From Octopus bimaculoides (Eukaryota), in assembly GCF_001194135.2 (NCBI RefSeq), contig NC_068981.1, positions 159,794,098-159,858,097 on the forward strand: a stretch of 64,000 nt of DNA. Reading direction: 5' to 3'. The first letter of the stretch is position 1. Every line of letters begins with the position of its first letter. Positions 49,001-57,909 of the stretch are shown here, in pieces. A model generated the notes under the pieces. That model saw nothing but the letters and a program-made list of their open reading frames with translations. It searched no databases and was not told where the DNA came from. Position numbers and translations under genes: made by a program.

Positions 49001-50208
49001 CAGAATGCGATGCGATATAATGTAACGCTTAAATGTTTATGCAAGAAAAAGACTCTGAAGATTGTAATTTAAATAGAACATTCAGTTTTTATGTAAAAAA
49101 AAAATGAAATTCCCATATACGAGCATACATATCTATATTTTCTTCTGTAGTACTTATAACCTGATATCGTTCGAATGATTACCGGTGCATCTAGTGTTCG
49201 CATATGTTATGTTGAAGTAGTACAGATACCTAGTTATATCTACCGCTAGTTTCGTTATTGTACGTGAGAGTAATTCTGGCAGAGTTTGTTCTATTTCTAC
49301 GGTAATACCATTTAGGCATTTCTATATTGTATATCCTTGCGACGATGGGCTCCACCATAGACTTTGTTAACCTTCCTTAGACCTTAACTAACGGTACCAC
49401 ATGGAGATGAAGGCTTCACTGTAAATGCAGCTGGGTTTAATTATTTTTTGTGAATAGTATTGACCAATGTTTTCTGCTTTTCCGTCAGTTTCGGGAATAA
49501 GTATTTCAGTTCGAACAATTGCACGAACTCATTGCATTATTATATAGTATAAGTAACTTATATAGCATAACATGTGTATACCCTACGTAATCCTTTAGCA
49601 AAGCCTGAGTAATACAATGTAAAACAACTTTGATCTTTTTCAACTTACATAATTTCATACGCGAGTTAGTAATAGTGATAGTCTGAAGAGCCTTGAGACT
49701 AAGAAACAATAACACGTCTTTTCAACCTAAGAATTGTAACATACCGAAGGAAGATGTAGTGTGAACAGCAATTCAATTTAGAAAAGCAATAACAATAAAA
49801 TTTAGGCGGAATTCTGGATTAAGCACTTGATATCTTTTTTTATTTTTTGGAATTTTCAGAAAATTTGTGTTCTACACGCATAAATTCATACGATTATGAA
49901 AAATAGTGACAGAGTACCAGTAAACTAATCCCAAGCAAATAATTCTAGCTCAATTACTTATGTTAATAAAATTACGAGGTCTTTGTTGCTATTGTGCGAA
50001 GTATATATATAAACTGAAATTCAATATCAAATATGCCAAACTATTGCCGAATATGTAAATTATGTACGTTCACCTTTTGCGACTTAGCAAGCCAAAACCA
50101 AAGTTGTCTCCATGTTCTAAATTTTTTCATTTCACTGAAATTAAAAGACATCTCAGGACTAGCATAACGAGAAACAAGAGGGCTCCGATAAGACATGTAT
50201 TTCTCCAT
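32815..50208 (-). CDS. ADSL: Adenylosuccinate lyase, complete gene model (13 coding exons, 1437 nt CDS, 478 aa)
   Basis: Joined exons give a continuous frame with [58 protein letters not shown] (fumarate-lyase signature) and [12 protein letters not shown]. Confidence 0.97.
33867..34043 (-). CDS. ADSL: ADSL exon 12 ([30 protein letters not shown]...FIGRAPSQ)
   Basis: 177 nt; TAG/GTAAA junctions. Confidence 0.96.
34327..34416 (-). CDS. ADSL: ADSL exon 11 ([30 protein letters not shown])
   Basis: 90 nt; TAG/GTAAG junctions. Confidence 0.97.
34654..34960 (-). mobile_element. RTE 3'UTR/tail repeat
   Basis: Same family as 7406-7920. Confidence 0.85.
35352..35442 (-). CDS. ADSL: ADSL exon 10 ([31 protein letters not shown])
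   Basis: 91 nt; CAG/GTATG junctions. Confidence 0.96.
35500..36130 (-). mobile_element. Rearranged RTE LINE ORF fragments
   Basis: Minus strand has [23 protein letters not shown] (RT N-terminal region) and a GRKSFGPSG remnant next to 3'UTR repeats. Confidence 0.6.
36296..36574. repeat. Old fold-back element of about 280 bp with a hammerhead-like motif in each arm
   Basis: Arms 36296-36416 and 36456-36574 are diverged reverse complements around a central GAGCTGACC/GGTCAGTTC hairpin; CTGATGA...GAAAC...GTC at 36512-36555. Confidence 0.65.
37282..37429 (-). CDS. ADSL: ADSL exon 9 ([49 protein letters not shown])
   Basis: Signature loop; 148 nt; CAG acceptor, AG/GTTACT donor. Confidence 0.97.
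37493..37905 (-). mobile_element. tRNA-derived SINE, full length, young
   Basis: Near-identical reverse complement of 14043-14443. Confidence 0.9.
38971..39040 (-). CDS. ADSL: ADSL exon 8 ([23 protein letters not shown])
   Basis: 70 nt; TAG/GTGAG junctions. Confidence 0.97.
39405..40068 (+). mobile_element. Penelope/Poseidon-like element fragment: GIY-YIG endonuclease with a short inverted pLTR tip
   Basis: [12 protein letters not shown]...[30 protein letters not shown]...[12 protein letters not shown]; 39405-39461 matches the pLTR end at 25455-25503. Confidence 0.9.
40510..40600 (-). CDS. ADSL: ADSL exon 7 ([31 protein letters not shown])
   Basis: 91 nt; CAG/GTAAG junctions. Confidence 0.96.
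41143..41189 (-). CDS. ADSL: ADSL exon 6 ([15 protein letters not shown])
   Basis: 47 nt; TAG/GTAGG junctions. Confidence 0.95.
41615..41786 (-). CDS. ADSL: ADSL exon 5 ([18 protein letters not shown]...[20 protein letters not shown])
   Basis: 172 nt; TAG/GTAAT junctions. Confidence 0.97.
42360..42687 (+). mobile_element. Possible solo LTR (Gypsy-like)
   Basis: 328-bp CpG-rich island starting TGTAGTAACG and ending CGTTATA, with AATAAA about 40 nt before the end; no TSD found. Confidence 0.45.
43245..43324 (-). CDS. ADSL: ADSL exon 4 ([26 protein letters not shown])
   Basis: 80 nt; catalytic His region; CAG/GTGAG junctions. Confidence 0.96.
44507..44551 (-). CDS. ADSL: ADSL exon 3 ([15 protein letters not shown])
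   Basis: 45 nt; TAG/GTAAG junctions. Confidence 0.95.
45830..46160 (-). mobile_element. tRNA-derived SINE (diverged)
   Basis: Reverse complement of the 14043 family. Confidence 0.7.
46550..46753 (-). CDS. ADSL: ADSL exon 2 ([10 protein letters not shown]...[35 protein letters not shown])
   Basis: 204 nt; CAG/GTATG junctions. Confidence 0.97.
46848..47069. mobile_element. Decayed piggyBac-like MITE
   Basis: Ends CCCTTTTGATACCA and TGGTAACAAATGGA flanked by TTAA-like TCAA/TTGT. Confidence 0.45.
50074..50208 (-). CDS. ADSL: ADSL exon 1 ([45 protein letters not shown])
   Basis: ATG at 50208; 135 nt; AAG/GTGAAC donor. Confidence 0.93.
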
Positions 50209-50859
50209 TTTCGGATTATTTTGGTTTGCAAAATACTCGAATATGATTTCTAAGTTCCCGCTCCGCGTATTTGACTAATTACCCCGTTGTCTTCTAAAGC
50301 GGTGTCGAAAAGCATGCATGCTTCTCCTGATGTAATAATAAGACAAATTATTTTCCTCACTAAATTGAAATTGATTTCATTCAGATATCCCAAAATATTT
50401 CATATAATTAATTAAAAAGTTACAGCGGGTAATTAGAAGCATATTATAAATTAATTAATGTAAGAAATAAATGACAGTATTTGTCGAAGGGAGATTACTA
50501 CGAAGTACAGTGCCCGGAGTTCGTAACTACAATACCAAGGTGTCTGTTCCCCGAAACTACCAATTACATTTTTTCCGTTTTAACTTTGATTTTACCAATT
50601 TTTTTTCTTTTTACAGCCTTGGAAATGATGGGGGACATCCTTTTATGATTTTTATGATTTTTTTTCCACCTCATGGTTTTTTTCATCACATCGGGATCAA
50701 TTTTGGCCAATTTTCTTGTACTATACAATAAAAAACCATAGAAGAAGCCTTTTCAGTAAATAAATAAATTTTGAAGATATTTTCAGACTAAATTTCGATG
50801 CTTTAAAGACGATTCTGTTTCAGCCAAGAAATTTTTCCCTAATTCAATTTTTCTTACTC

Positions 50860-51060
50860 CACCATCATCTCCATTTAGTCCTTACTCTAATTCTAAATTT
50901 AACACTAGCCCCAAACTCTAAACCTTAATATGAAGCCTTAACTCTAAGCCTTAAGCCTAAACATATCCCTAATCTTAATCTTAACCCTATCCCTGAACTC
51001 TAAATTCTAAAATGTAACCTGAAGCATATTACTAACAATAACCCTGAAAAAATTTAAACT
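50860..51060. repeat. Degenerate telomere-like (CCCTAA/CCTTAA) array
   Basis: Recurrent 6-bp units CTCTAA, CCTTAA, CCCTAA, CTTAAC, CCCTGA. Confidence 0.6.
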
Positions 51061-51109
51061 GCCATTTGTTAATTTCTTTTTTCCTAATTCAATATATTCA
51101 ATATGAGAG

Positions 51110-51790
51110 GGAAGACCTATCCTATACATACTTCCTCAACAACACTGATCACAAGAAGTCTGCTAGATTGTAAACAGCAATCTGCTTTGGACAAGCCACA
51201 CCTCTAAGATTGTCAAGAAGGCTGAGGGTGTCCTAGCATCACTCAGTAAAACCTTTGTCAGCTGCTCTCCAGCTATCTATTTAAAACTGTATATGACAAT
51301 GGTACATCCACACTTAGAATTTGCATCACCAGTCTGAAAACTCTGTCTTGCTCAGCATATCAATTTCCTGGAAACTGTTCAAAAACATGCTAGAAAACGA
51401 GTACCTGCTGTCAGGCATCTACCATACTCTGAATGTCTTGCTTCCCTGGACATGAATACATTGAAGCTCAAACATTTGGCAACTGACTTGGTAGACAAGA
51501 TTATCCACCATCTTTCCACCAACAACCTTGGGTACCTTTTTGAATTCCATATATCAAACACTTGTGGACATGCTTCCAAAATCAAAAAACAGCACAGCAC
51601 ACATGACTTTCAGAAACATTTTTCATGCTCAGAATTGCTGAAGCATGGAATAAACTACCTGCATCAGTCGTTAGCTGTCAAGCCACTATGTCCTTCAAAA
51701 CTTCCATACTTCCTGAAATCTGCCACAGTACATCTGATGGGCTTTTTTTTCCTTAGTTGTAGTGTACCTGGGCACTGCATACGACAATTT
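51110..51790 (+). mobile_element. CR1/L2-type LINE 3' fragment (RT C-terminus)
   Basis: LYxTMVHPHLEFASPV...ETVQKH...GHASKIKKQH...AEAWNKLPASVV, with frameshifts. Confidence 0.85.
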
Positions 51791-52020
51791 CTTTAATATT
51801 TCATATATAAATGCACATCATTTATAAGTGTATATTTTTTAAGCTATTGTAATGAGATTATATATGAGTAATTTCTTTAATTTGAAGTCTCTACAACTTA
51901 ACTTGACATCTTGAGAAAGTTATTGCCTAGACCAATCTGCATGGCATAGAATATGTCATGATGCATCAAAACAACTTCAGTTGAAGAAACAGAACAATAA
52001 AAGAATTATAGCCTGTAATC

Positions 52021-52309
52021 CAGTGCTACTCAAAGTGATGGACCACAGACCAGCACCAGTCTGTGAGCTGCCGGTACACAGCGAGCTTCCAGAAAAGGAA
52101 GAAACATTATAAAATGCTTATGTAATATTGTATTGTTTGTTTACAAAATGAATATAAGATAAAAGAAATTGTCAACTTTTATTATGTTCATTATATATAT
52201 TGTTTCTGGTATGAATTAATATTACTAAGAAATATTACCAGTCCCTGGCACATTAGGAAAAAAAAAAAAAACTGCCAGTATGCCACATTAGATTGTTTGA
52301 GAAGCACTG
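52021..52309. mobile_element. hAT (Charlie-like) MITE
   Basis: TIRs CAGTGCTACTCAAA / TTTGAGAAGCACTG (13/14) with a perfect 8-bp TSD CTGTAATC (52013-52020, 52310-52317). Confidence 0.92.
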
Positions 52310-52595
52310 CTGTAATCGACGGACACATTTGCCCAATCCCAGGCAAAATCAAAATCATCATTGCCCCCATTGTGACTTCATAGCAAACTCCATACCCAAA
52401 CTCAAATTACATTCATGCATCCTTCGTAAATAGATGCAGCTTCTTTTATTTTTAAACTTGTTTTTTCATTTTTTTAAAACCCTCTCCTTCAAACACTTGT
52501 ACGTCAAAATTGACCGGAGTGACCATCAATTTCTTTAATTAAAAAAGTATTTGACTTCATCTTAGAAGCTTTGTGTGTGCACATATTTTACCTTC

Positions 52596-53340
52596 GTTAG
52601 GAAGAGCATCCAGCTGTAGAAACTCTGCCAAATCAGATTGGAGCCTGGTGTAGCCATCTGGTTTCACCAGTCCTCAGTCAAATTGTCCAACCCATGCTAG
52701 CATGGAAAGCGGACGTTAAACGACGATGATGATAATGATGATGTACTAGTTGTAAAATGTATGCATTGCTAGTGAGGGAATATTACTCCTTTATGAACCC
52801 CCAACTATCACCTTCCATGTATATCCAGATAAGCACACATGTATGATAAAAGTTTGAATTTGTTTTGGCTGTTCATGAAATGTATCACTACTGTGACACA
52901 TTAATTTTACAAGGATCTGCACAAAGATCTTTTTATTTATTACTTATTTCAGTCATTGGTTTGTGGCCATGCTGGGGCACTGCCTTAAAGAGTTTAGTCA
53001 AATGGATCAACCTCAGTACTTATTTTTTTTAAGTCAGGCACTTATTCCATTGGATCTCTTCTTGCCAAACTGGTAAGTTACGATGATGTAGACAAAGCAA
53101 CACTGATTGATGTAAACAAACCAGCATCAACAGTAAAGAATGACACACGCACACACACTCATACATGCACGTGCACACACACATGCACATATGTACACAC
53201 ATATACATACCAGCACACAGATACACACGGCAGACTATCATACAATCTCCATCTACCAAATTCACACACTAGTCATTGGTCAGTCTGGAGCTATAGTAGA
53301 AGGCACTTGCCCAAGGTGTCATACAGTGGAACTGAACATG
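52596..53340. mobile_element. RTE tail (52596-52745 +) and SINE (52940-53340 -)
   Basis: Homology to other copies in this window. Confidence 0.75.
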
Positions 53341-55199
53341 AAACCACCTGGTCGCCTGTCACATTTAGAAGTTTCTAGCATAGCATAATTTCAAAGTTTC
53401 TAGCATATCTTTCATGATCAATAGTTGGTGATCCATAGGCTTTTTGAAATTGCAAATGGTGTATACACAGTTTAGGTGTACAGTTAATATCAATATACTG
53501 TCCACAGCTGGTGGCCAGTAAGGTAGTCTCATGTCAAGGTATCTAGAAGAGTAATTAATCAGGGTATATATCGATATATAGTTGTCTGGAATATTCACTA
53601 TATAATATATAAAGTGTATTCCTTAACTTTTCAAATGTCTGTGAGAAACTTTTTTACTGACTAGGCTGATGTCAGCAATATCTTCTGATATTTTGCTGAC
53701 TTCAGTAGAGTTTGTTGAGTTGCAAACACTTAGACCAAACCCTTGGTTTTGAATAACAAAATCTCTTTAAGCAGCACTTTCAATTCCACATTTCCTCAAA
53801 TGAGGCTTTAAGTTATTGCATAATTGACTAAACTAGCAAACAAATCTATTTCCAATTACATCTAAAAAAAGAGATATAGGCTATATGGCTCAAGATGTCT
53901 GGAAAAAATTAAGAGGGTCAATAATAGTGCCAGTAAAAAGCACTGGTGATTGTGCTACATGAAAGTCACTGGTGCTGGTGCTTCATAAAAAGCATCCGGT
54001 ACACTCTACAAAGTGGTTGGTATTGAGAAGGGTGTCCAGTTGTAGAAACTAACCCAAAACAGAATATGAAACTTAGTGCAGTCCCTAGCCTTGCCAGCCC
54101 CTGTCAAGCAGTCCAATCTATGCCAGCATGAAAAGCAGACATTTAATGATGATGATGATGATGATGGTTGGAACTCGTTGGTCATAAGTCTGCTTCGTCA
54201 GAGTTGATATGGTGCAAAACTGTGACAATATATTTCTTTGAGAAATGCCAGGGACTACCTACAGTAAATATTTCCCAGCAGAGGTTCATTGCCAGTTTAG
54301 GCAGTATAGCAAAATCTTTGATAATACTTCAGGAGGCTGCCCTCTCAGTTGATGCACAATTGTGTATCCTTTGTCTTGAGATCATGATGGGCTGGAAACC
54401 TTTGTTTAATGAACACACGATTTTGGGAGACTTACCTACAGTTATTGAGTCCCAACTGGATCGATCTAGTTTTTAACAGTAACTCAGCTGTCACTATTTC
54501 CTCTTCTTCATTAAAGATTCATACATCTTTCTTCAAAGTTTTGACAATATTTCAGCAGAAAACATGAAAAGTATCTGCCAGGTAATTCTCTTTCCTTTGC
54601 ATAAGTATCCATGGACTTCAATTCAGCTGCATCCTATCCAACACCTCCATACATCTTATTCTTCTCTGGAGTACAAATATCTCGGCTACTTTATCTTCCC
54701 TCCTTCTGCTGTCCAGGCCAGTGACATAGCTAATAGGGGAGTAAGGGGAGCAGCCACTCCCACCAAGCACATTTTTCAAAATTGGCACCTTTTCATTAAT
54801 TTTTTAAAATGCTTTAGTTAGCTATATCAGTAGTTATAAGTTTCATACATAATGACGTAGTTATTGAAACAGGAAATTAATGAATGTAGAATACAATTAT
54901 GTATGTTATAACTAATGAAATATTTTGTGTAAGATAGAGAAATGAGTTGAAAACTGTTTGGTATGTGTTACAGCATCTTTTTTTTAATATACCCACAAAC
55001 TTTATAATCTGGCCATGCCACTAGTCCAGGCAACACTGTTTCTCATATCTGAAGTGTGCACTTACACATAATATTCTTTCTCTATCATTCACATGGAAAT
55101 TAACAACAAAACCTTCCACTTACTCAAGCTGAAAGTGTCACTTCCTCATTCCTCTAAAATTATCTGTTGTCTCTTCCAAGATCTAAATTCCACCAGCCA

Positions 55200-55570
55200 T
55201 CAACTGTTGTCTGATTTAATTTGCATTGAAGCCATATATAAATAGTGCTGTTTAATAAAGGTTCGACCTGGGTCAAGCAATCTGACCTCACAGGCTCCTT
55301 TGACATGGGGGCCTATGACAGTGCTGATGTATGTGACCTTATTGGGTTGTATATCCTTGATACCCTTAAGAAAATGTTCCCCTCTGTCCCCTTTGGTCTT
55401 TACAGAGATGACATCCTGGCCATCTCCAGAGGAGCAAACAGGCACACCCTAGACAGACTTAGGAAAGATCTAATTGAATCCATGGGACTGAAAACCGCCA
55501 TCAAGAACAATCTCACCACTGCAGACTTCTTAGACATCATGTTTGACTTGGGCTCCAGTACAGCCAAATG
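55200..55570 (+). mobile_element. PLE reverse-transcriptase fragment with a YRDD motif (Hydra-clade-like)
   Basis: LFNKGSTWVK...FDMGAYDSADVCDLIGLYIL...GLYRDDILA...DFLDIMFDL. Confidence 0.8.
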
Positions 55571-55901
55571 AGAGGTCAGTTGTATGTAGGTTGTTCTAGA
55601 GTAGGAAGCCCATAGAAACTCTTCATACATGATCCAAAGAAAAAAGTTAAAAACATTTTATATTCTGAAGATCTGTAAATGTTTTATAATTTTCATACAG
55701 TGCATTTCTCTATTATAATCTATATTACTTTCTCTATTTAGATATTCTAAATAAATTTGTAAAATTATGTTATGTAATATTCAAATACTTTTTAACAACT
55801 TTTATTGTAGGGAAAATGGCATTATGATAGATGCCAAAATGTGCCCTATAAATAGATTTCAACACCGTACTGACTGGGCTGAAGGCTGAGAGGTCCACTA
55901 G

Positions 55902-55963
<62 letters not shown>

Positions 55964-55964
55964 A

Positions 55965-56165
55965 CCTGACTGGCCCTCATGCCAGTGGCGTGTAAAAGCA
56001 CCCACTACACTCTCAGAGTAGTTGGCGTTAGGAAGGGCATCCAGCTGTAGAAATTCTGCCAGATCAGATTGGAGCCTGGTGCAGCCATCTGGTTCGCCGG
56101 TCCTCAGTCAAATTGTCTAACCGATACTAGCATGGAAAGCGGACGTTAAACGATGATGATGATGA
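55965..56165 (+). mobile_element. RTE tail repeat
   Basis: GTTGGCGTTAGGAAGGGCATCCAG...GGACGTTAAACG(ATG)n. Confidence 0.85.
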
Positions 56166-56239
56166 TATATATTTTATAAGTTTAAAGCTTGTAAACGATC
56201 ACCAGCCAGTGCATATCTATGTCTATATCTATATCTATA

Positions 56240-56930
56240 NNNNNNNNNNNNNNNNNNNNNNNNNNNNNNNNNNNNNNNNNNNNNNNNNNNNNNNNNNNNN
56301 NNNNNNNNNNNNNNNNNNNNNNNNNNNNNNNNNNNNNNNNNNNNNNNNNNNNNNNNNNNNNNNNNNNNNNNNNNNNNNNNNNNNNNNNNNNNNNNNNNNN
56401 NNNNNNNNNNNNNNNNNNNNNNNNNNNNNNNNNNNNNNNNNNNNNNNNNNNNNNNNNNNNNNNNNNNNNNNNNNNNNNNNNNNNNNNNNNNNNNNNNNNN
56501 NNNNNNNNNNNNNNNNNNNNNNNNNNNNNNNNNNNNNNNNNNNNNNNNNNNNNNNNNNNNNNNNNNNNNNNNNNNNNNNNNNNNNNNNNNNNNNNNNNNN
56601 NNNNNNNNNNNNNNNNNNNNNNNNNNNNNNNNNNNNNNNNNNNNNNNNNNNNNNNNNNNNNNNNNNNNNNNNNNNNNNNNNNNNNNNNNNNNNNNNNNNN
56701 NNNNNNNNNNNNNNNNNNNNNNNNNNNNNNNNNNNNNNNNNNNNNNNNNNNNNNNNNNNNNNNNNNNNNNNNNNNNNNNNNNNNNNNNNNNNNNNNNNNN
56801 NNNNNNNNNNNNNNNNNNNNNNNNNNNNNNNNNNNNNNNNNNNNNNNNNNNNNNNNNNNNNNNNNNNNNNNNNNNNNNNNNNNNNNNNNNNNNNNNNNNN
56901 NNNNNNNNNNNNNNNNNNNNNNNNNNNNNN
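56240..56930. other. Assembly gap (others at 7678-7687, 9612-9621, 13293-13595, 36881-36934, 39758-39767, 61846-62551)
   Basis: Runs of N, mostly bordered by microsatellites. Confidence 1.
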
Positions 56931-56974
<44 letters not shown>

Positions 56975-56976
<2 letters not shown>

Positions 56977-57909
56977 CTGGGGAAGGCCAGTTTATAGGAT
57001 TACTCTGGGTTTCACGTCCATAAAGGGTTTAACTTTATGGTGTATTGTCAGATCCCAAAACCTGTTGGCCTAAGACCTCTTCAAAATATGGAAGGGGAAA
57101 AGCCTTGTATAAATGTAAATAAGGATATTATCTCCCTTTGCCATTGGTTATCAACTTCTGGCTGTGTCATCATCTTGCAGATTCCAAAATACTAGCAGGA
57201 ATCTCCTAAAATGCAAACATGGCCTTAAAATCTCCATTCTGAAGTTAAAGATGCTCTCTGGCTCAAGTGAGTCTTCTAAGACTCTCACTCATTCAGCTAT
57301 GCATAACTTGCAGCGCTTCATTTCATTGATGTAAGGGTCTGGGTTTTCAAGGATTTCCCATGAGATCAAGTGTGGGATTCCATCATCTCTTAGTTGCCAG
57401 ACGTGACTGGCCAGCGATGTTACATATCTCCTTTCCGGGGCCCTGAAGGAGAATTTATGGTTGGAAATGCATTGCTTGTGAGAATTCCCAGTACATCCAA
57501 TGTATTTCCGTGGGCATGCGATGTTGGTGCTGCACCTGTTACTGTTGCTGCTGTTGTTGTTGTTGCCACTGTTGTTGCTGTTGCTGCTGGAGCTGAGGCT
57601 GCTACTGTTGGTGCCACTGGAGGTGGTGGTGGCATTGGTAATGTTATCGCCCCTGTCTGTGTTACCAGTGCTGCACCTGTTGTTATTGTTACTGTTGCTG
57701 TTATTGTTGCTGCTGATGTTGCTGTTGTTACTGCTACTGTCGTCGATACTGCTATTGTTGGAGCCAGGGCTGCTGGTATTGGTTTTGGCAATGGTGGGGG
57801 TGATGGTAACATTGGTAATGCTATTGTCACTGCTAGTTATAAAGAAGGTGTTGTTGTTGTTAATATTGTAGTTATAGTTGTTGTTATTACTATTATTAGC
57901 CTGTATTTC
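56975..57909 (-). mobile_element. PLE 3' part: low-complexity linker, GIY-YIG endonuclease remnant and 3'UTR, ending in (TA)n
   Basis: Minus frame reads KYIGCTGNSHKQCISNHKFSFR...TSLASHVWQLRD...ISWEILEN...YINEMKRCKLCIAE*...FNFRMEILRPCLHFRRFLL. Confidence 0.85.
56996..57056 (-). ncRNA. Minimal hammerhead ribozyme remnant in the PLE 3'UTR
   Basis: GGGAT-CTGACAA-TACA-CCATAAAG-ttaaacc-CTTTATGG-ACGT-GAAA-C-ccaga-GTA-ATCCT; one core change (G8 to A, CpG-decay type). Confidence 0.65.

Noticed and set aside
57289-57291. In-frame TGA in the PLE endonuclease as selenocysteine
   Set aside because: It falls after CKLCIAE, at a position normally Lys/Arg rather than Cys. It is best explained as CGA to TGA decay, and no SECIS was recognised.
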